A DNA stretch of 64,000 nucleotides, taken from Rebecca billardiae RCC1528 (lineage: Eukaryota; Protista; Haptophyta). Made by a program: the position numbers and the translations under genes. Positions within the stretch are counted from its first letter, which is position 1; the number at the start of each line of letters is the position of its first letter. Under the pieces are notes generated by a model. The model saw only the letters and a list, made by a program, of their open reading frames with translations, was not told where the DNA came from and did not search any database. The stretch covers positions 2,852,001 through 2,916,000 of the forward strand of contig OZ251228.1 of NCBI GenBank assembly GCA_965240325.2. The letters run 5' to 3'. Shown here piece by piece: positions 1-12,751 of the stretch.

Positions 1-1139
1 CGCTAGGGTACATGTCACCTGCGCCCGCCGCTGGCTCGCGCCTGCGCGCTCTCCTCCGCCGGCTGCGGCCCTTGCGAGCGCTCGCTGTGTCCCGCGCCGG
101 TTCCAAGGAGTCGCGGAAGCATGGTTGCGCGGCCAGCGAAGTGCGGCGTTTGCGGCTTCGCGCGCGCGCGCGCGACGCAGCGAATGGCTCGCGCGAGCTG
201 ACCACCCAGTACCGCTCGCCGCGTGCGACACGTTCCGACCGTCTGCCCCGCGCTCGACGACGAGGAGCGCTGCTCAGACACCGTGCTTGGTAGACGGGTC
301 GGCGCTCGGCAGCCGCGCGTCGTCGCGCAGAAGAGGCCGCGCGTGGCCGCCGCAGCTGCAGTGAAATGTGGCCTAGATCCAAATCGTGTCATGAGTTGCG
401 GAAGAACGCGTGCCTCGCCTCAGCGGTCACTGTTGCCCGTGCATGGCGCGCGGCACGCAAGTTGTCTTCAGAAAGTGTCCCGAGATCACGCGCCGCCACC
501 GATCGTAGCGGCGTGAGCCGTTGCGCGGAAGAGCTGCGCTCAAGAGCCTCGTGCATGTGTCCTCCGCGCGCTACCAGAGCCACTCCATCGAGTGCTTTAA
601 GTCGCCTACCGATGGAGTACGATTGGTTCTAAGTTCAAGGCCACTGCCAACAGCACGAGCAGATGTGTGGCCTGGAGCTCATATCGAGTCGCTCGATCTT
701 GAGTTCGGCGTGATCGCTGAGGCGAGGCACGCGTCCTTCCGCAACTCATGACACGATTTGGATCTAGGCCACATTTCACTGCAGCTGCGGCGGCCACGCG
801 CGGCCTCTTCTGCGCGACGACGCGCGGCTGCCGAGCACCGACCCGTCTACCAAGCACGGTGTCTGAGCAGCGCTCCTCGTCGTCGAGCGCGGGGCAGACG
901 GTCGGAACGTGTCGCACGCGGCGAGCGGTACTGGGTGGTCAGCTCGCGCGAGCCATTCGCTGCGTCGCGCGCGCGCGCGCGAAGCCGCAAACGCCGCACT
1001 TCGCTGGCCGCGCAACCATGCTTCCGCGACTCCTTGGAACCGGCGCGGGACACAGCGAGCGCTCGCAAGGGCCGCAACCGGCGGAGGAGAGCGCGCAGGC
1101 GCGAGCCAGCGGCGGGCGCAGGTGACATGTACCCTAGCG
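1..1139. repeat. Long inverted repeat: arms ~1-430 and ~710-1139, spacer ~280 bp; may extend beyond the window
   Basis: cgctagggtacatgtcacc at 1 is the reverse complement of ggtgacatgtaccctagcg ending at 1139. ORF pairs 12..293(+)/847..1128(-) and 15..392(-)/748..1125(+) translate identically. The few mismatches I spotted are transitions. Confidence 0.95.
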
Positions 1140-1417
1140 CCGGTGCGCACGCGCTCGCGACGACCTGTCGCGCGCGCTGCGGGCAGCGAGCGCGCGCGAG
1201 AGCGCCGGCGCGCGCTCCCGCCCGCCGCCGCCTCGAAAGCGCGATCTCGCAGTCAACTCCGTATGATCTCGCGGCGCGGCTGAGGTTTTCACTGGCGACC
1301 GGCGTAAGCCTCGCCAGGGTCCCTCAGCGAGTCAGCGGTCCTCTCCGTTATGATATCGCGGCCAAAGATCGCTCGCCGCTCGCGGTCCCTCTAGCCGAAA
1401 ACCCACGTCCGGCCTGC

Positions 1418-2191
1418 ATGGCGTCGACGGTGACCAATGCGACGGAGGCGCAGCGCAAAGCGGCGTACGAGGCGCACCGCACGCACTTGCCGCGTCTGTC
1501 GCCGTGGCCGGAATCGCGTCTTCGCGAGTCGGCGACTGAGGCGACAGCGCGGTACAACCGTTCCAAAGCGATCATCCACAGAGAGATGCAACGTCGCGCG
1601 TGCAAGATCGCCGCGCCATCCTCCACCATGGCACGGGCGCTGCGAGAGGAGGCCGACGTCGTGAAACCAGTGGCACATGCGCTGCGCTTCCAGTGCCTGC
1701 TCGAGCAGCTCGTGCCCACCCGCGATCGCGAGTGGCACACGCTCTCGCACTGCGCGCGCGCGCACCACCGAGAGCTCCTCATACCGCCAAACGTGCGAGT
1801 GCCGGACCTGTCGCGCGGAGCGGCGAGCGCCGACGAGCGCTTGGACCTGGACGCGCTGTTGCGCAGCGTGGCGGCCGTGCACGACGCCGACGCGACCTTC
1901 GCCGAGCCCATCGTGCCCGGAGCGGACATTGGCATCCTCGCGACACACGATCTCAGCTGGCAGCACGAGGAGATGCGCACAATCTCCTCTGGCGGATTCG
2001 TTGGCGGCGAGGCGCTCGACTACGTCATCGCGGTCGAGATGCGGCACATGCAGCGCGTACGCGCGCTCGCGCGGAGCAACGGGCTGCCCGCCCCGCCCCG
2101 CGTGCTGCACGTTCCCTCGTGGGTGTGGACCTTGCTGATGGGCGCAGGCGTGTACGTGTGGGAGAAGGTGGCAGACATCTTTGCGCTCTAG
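1418..2191 (+). pseudogene. Truncated Ulp1/C48 SUMO-protease-like ORF, probably transposon-borne
   Basis: The C-terminal stretch EMRTISSGGFVGGEALDYVIAVEM...PPRVLHVPSWVWTLLMGAGVYVWEKVADIF resembles the start of the Ulp1 domain (DIQTL..LNWLNDEIINFY...PSVHAFNTFF.TKL...GY..VKRW). The ORF stops before the catalytic His/Asp/Cys. Confidence 0.5.
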
Positions 2192-2288
2192 GCACATATA
2201 GCGCGTACCCGCGCTCGCGCGGAGCAACGGGCTACCCGCCCCGCCCCGCGTGCTGCACATTCTCTCGTGGGTGTGGGCCTCGCTGATG
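2043..2288 (+). repeat. Degenerate ~97-bp direct duplication (2043-2140 and 2191-2288) at the ORF truncation point
   Basis: ggcacat..gcgcgtac..gcgctcgcgcggagcaacgggct..cccgccccgccccgcgtgctgcac..ctcgtgggtgtgg..ctgatg occurs twice. Confidence 0.9.
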
Positions 2289-2844
2289 CGCATACACTAT
2301 TAATACTCTAAGAGTACAGACGACCGTGAGACGTGTGTACATCACGTCGGGGAGCCAACTTCACGTGTCACTGGTCCTTGCACTCGACTGTCCGTCACCC
2401 ACGGCCACGAGCGAATGTGGAAAGACGCGAACCCGCAAAGGATACATTGCGACAGCACTGGCACGGCCCGCCGACCCCCCCGCCCGCCAGGGCAGAGTTT
2501 ATTATTAATAATAATATTCGCAGCAGCACGCTGCCACTAGTCATACGGTGCAAGCACTAGCAGGCGCCGCAAGCCGACTCGGCGGCGCAAGTGCCGGCGG
2601 GACGTGCGCGTCATTATGCTGCATATGACAGGCGCCTTCATCAGCCTCGATGCAGTATCAGCTGCTGATGATGCGCGCGCAGTGTTCTCACACTTGCCAG
2701 GCGACTCGTCGCTGGACGGGACGACGCTGGCGGATGATGATGCTGATGATTGCTGCTGCTGGGCAAATGTCCTGACTGGCCGCACGGTCTGCGCAATCGA
2801 GTCGTCGGCTGACGCGTCTTCACAAGGGCTGGGTCAGCCGCCGA

Positions 2845-5800
2845 CTAGAAGTCCGAGGTCGTGATGCCGAAGGCCACGAGCTCGCTCTTGCGCATCTTGT
2901 GCGTGCTCTCGAAATAGCGTGTGTCGAGCGCGTTCTGGGGCGCGGGCGGCGCCGCGGTGCGGGCGGGCGGCTGAGTCGAGCGTCCGCGCGCGGCGCGGGC
3001 GCGCGCGCCGGGCGCCGGGAGCGGCGCGCGCGCACCTGCAGCTCGGGGTTCCAGGGCGGCTGGTACTGGAACTGCGTGAGCTTCTCAAAGTCGATGGGCG
3101 CGAAGAAGGGGTGCTCGTACAGCTCCTGCGCGCCGCGCACGCGGCAGCCGATCCGGTGCTCCACGCGGCGCTCGAGCAGCTGCGTGATCACGTCCTGCAG
3201 CTCAGGCGACACGCGGTACACGCCAATGTCAAAGCGCAGCCGGTAGTTGGGGTTGAGGATGTTCTGGCACACCTTGAACGGGGGCATCTCGTGGTTCATC
3301 GTGCCGTCGGGCTCGACGTTGAACGACGCGCAGCCGATCGCCATCTCGTACAGGAACACGCCGAACGCCCAGTAGTCCACCTCGAAGTTGTGCCCCTGCA
3401 CGGTGAGCATCTCGGGCGAGAGGTACGCGTTGGTGCCACACACCGTGTACGTGCGCGCGGCCGTGCGCTTGGCGAAGCCTGCGCGGCGCGGCGCGGGTGG
3501 GCGGGCGCGGGTGAGCGCGCGCGGGTCTCGCCCGCGTGCCTCGCGCCGCCGCCCCTGCCGCCGCCTCCGCCTCGCGCGCCCGCGGTGCTCCGCACCAAAG
3601 TCGACAATCTTGCAGTAGCCGTCCGCGGTGATGACGACGTTCTCGGGCTTGAGGTCGCGGTACATGTAGCCGTCGTCGTGCATGGCGTGGAGGGCGGAGA
3701 GCACGCACGCGCCGTAGAAGCGCACGCTGTCCTCGCGCAGCACCTGGTGCTCCTGCCGCAGCAGGAAGGAGAAGAGCTCGCCGCCCAGCCCCGCCTCCAT
3801 CACGAGCAGCAGGTGCGTCTTTGTCTTGTGCGTCGCGTAGAGCCGCACGATGAACGGGTTGGACGAGTCCTGCATCACGTGGCGCTCCACGTTGATCGCG
3901 TCGTCCTTCTGGTGCTTGCGCAGCCGCGCGAGCTTGATGATCTTCGCCGCGAGCGTGCGCCCCGTCGGCCGGTGCACCACCAGGTACACGGCGCCGTACG
4001 CGCCTTGCCCGATCTTTCGCTCGAACGAGAGGTCCTCGATGCGCATCACGTTGCCGTCCGAGGACGCGCGCGCGCCGAACTCGGCGGCGGCGGCGGAGAG
4101 CGGGCGCTTGCACGGGTAGGTGCGCACGAAGGAGAGCGCCTCGTGCCGCGTCGTCAGGTCGGCGTGGTCCGTGCGGTTCATCGCGAGCAGCGTGCAGTTG
4201 GTCTTGGCGACCAGCTTGTGGCTGGGCGCATCCTCCGGCACAATGGCTGCCGCGCGCGCACGGGCGGACGAGCGCGGGAGGGCGGGCGGGCGGGAGGGCG
4301 GAGGGGGAAGGGCGGTGAGCGCAGACGCGGCGGTGCGGTGCGGTGCGGTGCGGTGCGCGCGGCCCCGCTTCCTCTCCGCCTCCTCCCCCCTGCTCGCGCG
4401 CACTCGTCATGACGTCGTAGAGGCGCGCGACGATGCCCTCGTCCTTCTTGCCATCCGAGTCCTTGGGGGGCGGGTCGCTCTCGCCGCGGATGGAGACGTC
4501 GTCCGAGCGGCGCACGCCCACCTTGCCCGAGACGAGCACCATCAGCGGGTTGCCTCCGGTCTGCGCGCCACGCGGCGCGCGGCGGCGGGTGAGCGCGCGG
4601 GCGGCGGGCGCGCGCGCGCGCGCGCGCGGACCGCGCCGAGCGAGCCGCGCGCCGCGCGGCGCGCACCTTGGAGTCGCCCTTGGCCTTGGCCATCGGGATG
4701 GGCGTGCCCGCGTTGTACTTGACGGGGTGCATCACGAAGCTCGCCGCGTCGAACCCCGCCGTGCTCAGCTGCTTCGCCAGCGCGGGCGTGCACTGCAGCA
4801 GCGAGCGGATGCCCTCGAGCGAGTCAGAGAGCGGCTCGAGCAGCGCCGTGTGCGTGACCACGTCCTGCAGGTAGACGCGGTACCCCTTGCCGTCGGTGGT
4901 GGCGACGGCGTTGGCGGTGCCGGGCGCGAGCCCGCCCGCCAGCTTGAGCTTCGCCGTCGAGTGCTTCGCCACGGCGCGCGCCAGCCCCTGGTTGTGCAGC
5001 GTGACGAGCAGCGCCTCGTCGCCCGGCCGGCCGGCGGCCATCACGTCGCCCTTGGCGAGCTTGTCGGGCGAGATGAAGGCCTGCTGCAGCGACCAGCGGT
5101 ACTCGCCGCCGGCCTGCAGCCCGCCCGACGCGGCGGCGCGGTTCTGGAACTCCACCTCGCCGTGCGTGATGATCAGCAGCTCGCGCGCGCCCATCCCCGA
5201 CTCGATGAGCACCTCGCCCGCCGACCAGGACACGCCGCGCGCCTGCTGCGTGAGCGCGTTCGAGTCCTTGAGGTTGCACAGCACGGGCACGGTGGCGAAC
5301 TCGTTGGTCGCGGAGGTCTCGACGGCGTCGGCCTCGTAGCCCTCGGCGATCACGTTCTCGTACGCCAGCCGCGGCACCGCGAGCACGCGCGAGTCCCCCT
5401 CGGCGATCACCGTCGCCGTGCGCGTCGTCTTGTAGAGCAGGGCCATGTCGCCCACCCAGCCGCCCGAGAGCACGGTCGCGACGTGCACGCCGCGGTCGGC
5501 GTGGCCGGCGGCCTGCGGCTGCTGCGCGCCGGGCGGGTCGGAGGAGCGGTCGGCGCCGTTGTCCGCGCCGTCCTTCTTGTCCCCGTCCTTCTTCTTGCTG
5601 TCCAGCACGTGCACGCTCAGCGTGCCGCGGTGCAGGATGTACATGCGGCCGTCGTCCTCCGCGCCCTGCAGGATGAGCGGCTGCCCCTCCTTCAGCTCGA
5701 CCGTCTCGCAGTTCTTGGTGAGGATGGAGAACTGCGCGTCGGAGAAGTTCTCGAAGAGCCAGTGCTTGGAGAGGGTCTCCTTCAGGAACTTCGCCTCCAG

Positions 5801-6553
5801 CCGGTCGAGCCGCCGCTCCTCCGGCGGCGGCGCGATCGCCGCCTTGCCGCCGCCCTGGAAGGCGATGCGCTCGGGCTGCGACTCGATCACGTTGCGGTGC
5901 CCGCGCCGGCCCGAGTTGGCGGAGACCCACTCGGTGTGGCGCACGACGCCCTGCGCGCCGGGCGCGGTGTCGAGGGTGTGCCGCTCGAGCGCCATCTCCG
6001 CGCGCGAGCGGCCGCGCCTCCCGCCGTTCGACGGCGGCGACTCGCCGCCGCGCGTGCCGGCGCGGCCGCCGCTCGACTCCTCAAAGCCGAGCCGGTGCAC
6101 CGACGGCGACTGCATCATGCCGAGCTGGCGCGCGGCGGCGCCGGCGTCGTCCTGCGAGCGGTAGGTGAGGCGGAGCCGCTCCTCCACCGTGCCGAACGTC
6201 GCGTCGGACACCTTCCCCTTGCTCACCGGCTTGAACGTCGGCTCGGCCGCCTGCTCGGCGAATTGCTTCTCGAGCTCCTCCGACGACTTTCTCCGCCGGT
6301 CGCCCTCCTTGGCGACGGTGGCCGAGATGTCGCCGGGCTTCTTGGTCGGCGCGGAGGCGTCGGCGCGCGGCGCCGAGGCCGCCGCGTCGGGCTTCGCGCT
6401 CCCCCCGTTGCTGCGCGTGGGCGCCATCGCGCCCTTTGGCGGTTGAGTCTGGTTGGTGGTCGCGCTCGCCGAGGGTGAGGATGGGTGGCTCCCCTGGTGC
6501 CCGCTCTCGCTCCCGGAGACGGGACCTGCTGGGGTGCTAGCCGCGCAGCCCAT
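2845..6553 (-). CDS. cGMP-dependent protein kinase (PKG-like AGC kinase with cNMP-binding domains); introns ~4561-4666, 4247-4403, 3479-3595, 2935-3035
   Basis: MGCAAS acylation-type N-terminus. cNMP domain (LILQGAEDDGRMYILHRG...GDMALLYKTTRTATV). Kinase motifs IGQGAYGAV, AAKII, YRDLKPEN, DFG (split by an intron), CGTNAYLSPE, VDYWAFGV. AGC tail PPWNPELQNALDTRYF after splicing. Confidence 0.9.
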
Positions 6554-7285
6554 GCGCCCGTGCTCAGCCGTCGGGCCTTCCCCACCTCCAAGCGCTCTGG
6601 AGGGGGCAATGCTCGGCGGAAACGCAGCAAGAAGGTGGTGGGGGGGGGGCGCCACCACTACCTTGCGCTGGGCTGATGCTGTCTGTTGGCGGAGGAGCCC
6701 CTGATGCGTGGAGCGTCCCGCGCCTCGCGTGGAGGGCTCTCGCCCGAGCTTTCACGGCCTCCTATTGGCTGCTCGCGTGATCGAGCCCGTTCCAATGACG
6801 CGCGCAGGACTGTGGCTCGCGCCCACGCCCAAATGTGGGTTGGCAAGGGGCCGGCGCGCTATTGGGCCAATAATCATCCTCGCCAGGGCGCTCGGCAACG
6901 ACCTATGAAGCACGCGCCCTTTTTCGCCCAAATCGCGCCTTGCCATCCCGCGCGACGAGACGGGGTATCGAGAACGGGCCCCAGTTTTCCAACCGGAGCT
7001 CCACTTCTCGCGCAAGAAGTACTCAAATTCCTACTTATCAGAGTTATCATACTACTTATGAAGCGAACAACCCTCTGATGAATAGTTCGGTTCACGCCCT
7101 CTTGTGAAGCTCTGCCGCTGATTGGCCCCGCGCGAGTGCTGCATATCTACTTTATCATACCGTAGCGGAGAGCTTGCTGCTGGTGAGGTAGAGGAAAGTC
7201 CGGCTGCGGACGTGAGACTTGCAATCTCCTCACAGTCGAGATCGTGTAACGGATCGGTCGCTCTGGCGCACTAAAACCGCCACCC

Positions 7286-9541
7286 ATGGCGGCATCGGCC
7301 GCGGGTGCAGGCGGCGCCGCGGAGGACGACAGCTACGACGAAGACTTCGAGGGCGGGGAGGTCGACGCGGACGCGGACGAGCACGTTGATGACGATGTCG
7401 ACGAAGTGAGCGATGCCGACGGCGCCGAGGTCGAGCTCGACGACGCGGAGCCTGCGGAGCCGGACGAGGAGGACGACGCCACAGCGCGCGCGCTCGCGGC
7501 TGCGCGGCTGCAGGCGGCGACGCAGAACAAGGCCGAGGTCGAGAAGACGCGGCAGGCAATGGCGATGCTGGAAAGACAGGCGCTTGCGGAGGCGGCGGCC
7601 GCTGACGCGGCTGCCGGCGCCGGCGCGGCTGCCGGAAGCGCCGACGAGACCGACGCGGTCGCGGACGAGGTCGGCGGCGCCCTCAGCGCGGAGGAGGAGG
7701 AGGCGGAGGCGGATGAGGCGGAGGACGGTGGCGGTGCCGGCGTCGTCGGCGGCATGGACGCGGCTGCGGACGATGCCGAGCGCGCCCTCGCCGCCGCGCG
7801 GCTGCAGGCAGCCGCGCGCGGGCGCAAGGCGCGCGCCGAGTACGGACGGCGCCGCACGGGCACCGAGCGCGCTGGCGGTGGGGGCGGGGACGACGCGGTG
7901 GAGGACGAGCTCGGCGATGGCGAGGATGGCGAGGCGGACCGCGCGCTCGCCGCCGCGCGCCTCCAGGCCGCCGCTCGCGGGCGCCACGTGCGCCGATCGC
8001 AATCCCCTCGCCGCGCCAAGCCGGGCGGCGCGCGCGAGGTGGCGGCGGGCGGCGCGGCCGACGCTGACGGCATGTCCGAGGCTGCCGACATCGAGGGGTC
8101 TGCCGACATCGAGGAGCTGCTGCTCGACGGGGAGGCAGACGGCGCGGGCGGCGGGCGCGGCGGCGCCGCGGCCTTGCCCGCCGGCGCGCCGGCCGCCGCA
8201 CGCGCCGCGGCCGCCGACCGGCTGGCGGCCGAGGCGGAGGAGGCGGAGGAGGCGGAGGAGGAGGAGGGCCTCGCGCGCTCCGCCGAGCTGGCGACGGCAG
8301 ACGCAGTGCTCGCAGGGCTGCACTCGGCGGCGGCGGAAGCGGCCCCGGCCGCGCACGCCGCCGCGCCGCCGCGCACGCCGCAGGCCGATGCGGCGGTGGG
8401 GACGGACGACCTGGGCGCGGACGCCGAGCCGCTGGCTGAGATCCAGCTCGTGCCGCCCTCGCCCGCGCGCGCGCGCACGCCGCGCACGCCGGGCGGCACA
8501 CGGATCGAGCACGGCCCGTGGCGGCCGGCGGGCTCGCCGGGCTCGGCGCAGCGCGTGGGCGGCGGGCGCGAGGAGGCGGGCGGCAGCGAGGACCCCGCGG
8601 GCGGCCACCAGGCCGACGCGAGCAGCCCGCCCGGCGGCCGCGGCCGCGGCCGGCTGCGCGCGCGCGGCGCCAAGCGGCGGCCGGGCGGCGGCGCGGCCGG
8701 CTCGGCCGCGCGCCCGCCAGACTCGCGGCCGGTGCCGGGCACGCGCGCGCCGCCGGCTGTCGTGCCCCCGGCCGAGGCCAAGCGGCTCGCCGCGCGGCGC
8801 GTGCGCGAGCGGCTGCGCGCGCACGCGTCGCCGCCGCCGGCCGAGCCGCCCTCCGAGCCGCAGCCGCCGGCGGAGAGGCCCGCGCCCGCCGTCTCGCCCG
8901 ACGAAGCCAAGCGGCTGGCGGCGGCGCGCATCAAGGCCACGCGCGAGGCGCAGCGGCGCGCCGACGCGGCGCGCGCGCTCGACGCGCCGCCGCCGCCGCC
9001 GCCGCCCGACTCGGAGGCGATGGCGCGCGCGGCGAAGCAGCGCCTCGCCGCGTACCGGCGCAAGGAGGCGCGGCGCGTCAGCCAGCTCAGCGCGGAGGAG
9101 GCGCGGCGCGACGAGGCGCTGCGCGCCGAGCTCGAGGCGATGGCGGCAGAGCGCGAGCGGCGCATGGCCGAGCTGGACGCTGAGCGCGCGCGCGAGGTCG
9201 AGGGCGCGCGGCAGCGGCGCGACCGCGAGCGGCAGGCGCGGCACGAGCAGCAGGAGCGGCTGCGGCGCGAGGCGCTCGAGCGCCGCCGCGCCAAGGCGGC
9301 CGCGGCGAACGGCGGCCGCGCCAAGCCGCTGTACGTGCGCATGCAGGAGCAGTATGCGCGCAAGGAGGCGGAGGCGGAGGCGGCGCGCGCGCAGCGGCTG
9401 GACGCGCTGCGCCGCCGCGCCGCGCCGCTCGACCACGAGGAGCTCAAGCGGCGCGCGGCCGAGCACGACCGCGAGGTGGAGGCGCAGCGGGAGATACTCG
9501 CGCGCAGGCACAGGGAGGAGGTGCGTGCGTGCGTGCGTGTG

Positions 9542-9573
<32 letters not shown>

Positions 9574-10579
9574 TGTGCGCGTGCGGCGCAGCGCCTTTGC
9601 GGCACGCACCGCACACGCTGGGGCGCTGCAGCGCGGACGGAGCGCTGAGGGCGGGGAGGCGCGCGCAGCAGCGGCGGCACGCGCAGCCAGCCAGCCAGCC
9701 AGGCAGCCAGCCAGCCCGATGGGCCGGGCGTGGGGAGAGGGGGCGCCGCGGTGCCGCCGTGCGCTGCGCCGCTGCAGCCCGGAGCGGCGCGCGCCCCTCC
9801 ACACCTCCATCCCAGCCTCAGGGCCTCACAGCCGCGCCTGCTGCCCTGCTGCCCTGCTGCCCCGCTGCGGCCCCGCCCCGCCCTGCGTGCGTGCTTGGCA
9901 TGGTCAGATGGTGCACCTGCCCAGACTGCCGCAGTACTACGCGGGGCGCGCGCGCGAGCGCACCCTCGCCGAGGACGACAAGTTTGCACACCGGTGCGTG
10001 CAGTGCAGTGCACTGCAGCACGCCAGCCGTGCACGCGGTGCAAGCGTCCGAGCGCACGCGTGCGCGCGGCAGCGGGGCTGCGGCTCGGGCGGCGGCGAAG
10101 CCCGCCCGGCACCCGCGCGCGCGACGCTCACGCCACCCCGCCCACTCGCGCCCTCCGCCCCGCGCCGCCCACCGCCTCCGCGCGCGCGCAGCTACCAGCA
10201 CTCGCACTCGCACGCGGCCGAGATGGCGGGGCGCAGGCAGCGGTACGCGCAGCTCGTGGGCGAAATGTTTGGCCCGCCCGGCGGCGGCGGCGGCGGTGGT
10301 GGTGGCGAGGACGGCGGCGGGCAGCTGGGGCTGCTGCAGGCGGGCGTGGACTGGGACCGGCTGCACGCGCTCGAGGCGGAGGCGGCGCTGCGCGCGGCGA
10401 CCGTCACCGAGCTCGAGACCGACTCGGCCGCGCACGGCGCGTACGCGCAGCTGCCCGAGCTCGAGCGCACCGACAGGCAGACCGAGCTGTCGCGCGCGTA
10501 CGTGGCCGCGATCAAGGCCAAGCTCGCGCTCGCAGAGGCGATACCCGAGCTGCCCGCCGTTGCCGACGGCCTGCTGTGA
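7286..10579 (+). CDS. Acidic, IQ-motif (calmodulin-binding) coiled-coil protein; introns ~9521-9907 and 9994-10191
   Basis: ARLQAAARGRKAR and ARLQAAARGRHVR are IQ-like motifs, plus one partial copy. Long E/R/A heptad-rich region. Two GT..AG stretches with (GTGC)n/(GC)n composition interrupt the coding-like sequence in frame. Confidence 0.75.
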
Positions 10580-11017
10580 GCAGTGAGGGCCAGCGTAGAT
10601 CCGCGACTCCGCCCGCACTCGGGACTGCGAAGCGCCCGCAGGGCGTGACTCGGTGCCGACGGCGGCGCGGCCACGGTGACACGTGCTCGCGGCACTACAC
10701 TGGAGAGTGGAGCGGACTGATTGACGCTGCCACTGATACAATGATGCTGCTGACAATACGACCTTCCTCGTCTGCTGAGTGCTGATGGTGCACGTGGACT
10801 GAGTGCGCGGCGACTGATCGGCTCGCGGCCGGATCGACCGGGCGCCATGCCCATCGAATGATCGATTCGAATGCTGTGCAGTGTGTACCGTTACCACTTA
10901 TTGTAACGGCATACTAGGCGCACCTGGTAACCGTACAGTATGGTTCCGGAATCTCGCGCGGGTCCCGGACTTGGGAGAGCACACTGCGGTTCAAACGGTG
11001 GCCCGGGCCGGTTCCCG

Positions 11018-12710
11018 ATGATGGCCGTCGAGCACAGCAGCGTCGAGCGCGAGGCCGAGAGGCTGCTCGAGGAGATCACCAACCTGGAGGGCGACGGCTG
11101 GCACAGCGACGAGCAGTGGCGCGCCGCGCGCTGGGGCGCCCCGTCCGGCGGCAGCCTCGGCGCCGCGCCCGAGCTGGGGCCGCGCGCGTCCGCCGTCTCG
11201 CACAGCTCGGACGGCTCCGCGCCCGCGGGCGTGCGGCTGTACGAGCAGGCGCGCGAGAAGGCGGTGCGCAAGGTGCGTGCTGCGCCGCGGCTGCCGCGTG
11301 CGACCGCGCGCGCGCACGGCCGCGCGGCAGTGCTGCGCGCGCACGGCACCTCACGTGTGCGCGCGCGCGCGGTCGCGCTGCGCTGCGCCGCCGCGCCCAC
11401 AGGCGGCGGAGCGCGAGCGCACGGAGCAGACGGGCGCGGACGAGCTGCGGGCGAGGCCGTCGATCAACCCCATCTCGCACACCCTCGGCGCCAGCGCGCG
11501 CGGCGACGTCGGCGCGCGGCTGTACGAGGACGCGCGCGCGCTCGCGGCGAGGCGCGCGCGCGCGGCCGAGGCGCGCGCGCGCGAGGTGGAGGACAAGGAG
11601 AACGGCGGGGCGTACGCGGGCGTGCCGCTGACGAACCCGCTGCCCGCCGAGCTCGCCGCCGAGCGCGCGAGCCAGGGCGACGTAAGCGAGCGCCTCTACC
11701 GCCACGCGCACGAGCTCGAGGCGCGGCGCGAGGCGCGCGCGCGCGCGGACGCGGCCGCGAGCGCCGGCCGCGGCGCGGGCGCGCGGCCCGTCGTGAGCGC
11801 GGGGAGCGAGCGGCTGGTGCGCTCGATGGAGCGCTCGGGCCCGGCGAACGAGCGGCTGTACGACGAGAGCGCGCGCGCGCGCGAGCGCGACGCCGCGCGC
11901 GCGGCTGCGCGGCAGGCCGAGGAGGCGCGCGCGCACGCGCCCGCCATCGACGCCCACAGCGCGCGGCTCGTGCAGCGGCTCGAGCGGTCCGGCCGTTTCC
12001 TGCCGGACGTGCAGGAGCGGCTGGCGCGGCCAAAGGGCGGCGCGCGTGATGAGCCGAGCGGCGTGCACGCCGACCCGTCCGCCGCCTCCTCCGCCCACGC
12101 CGCGCCGCAGCCGCCCGAGGCGTCGCACCAGCCCGCGATCTCGGACCGATCTCGGCGGCTCGTGCAGCGCGCGCGCTCGGCCGCCGCCGCCGCCGCCGCC
12201 GAGCTGGGCGAGCGCGGGTACGGCGGCGGGGCGAGCGCGGCGGTGCTCGCGCCGACGGTCGAGGAGCGCCTCCTCGCCGCCGGCTCCGAGCGCGCCGCGC
12301 GCGAGGCCGCGCGCGCCGCCGCCGAGGCGGCGGCCGCGGCCGAGGCGGCGCGTCCGCGCGTGAACGCAAACTCGGAGCGCATCGCCGCGGCGGCGCGGCG
12401 GCAGGCCGCGGCGGAGGGCGGCGGCGCGGCGCGCGCGCGCGGGCCGAGCGCGGCGACGCGCGCGAGCCTGAGCGCCGAGCTCGACGAGCTCACGCACCGC
12501 CCCGCCCTCTCCGCCCTCTCCCGCCGGCTGGTGCTGCGCATGGGCCGCGCGGGCGCCGTCGAGGATCGGCTGATCGGCGCGGCGGCCGCGGCGAGCCGGG
12601 CGCGCGAGCGCGCGGGGCCGGTGCACGACCCGCTGGTGTTCGGGCCGCCGGGCGGGCCGGAGGCGGTGGCGAGGGCGCAGAGCGACGGCGCGGCCGCGTT
12701 CCGCGCGCTC

Positions 12711-12751
<41 letters not shown>

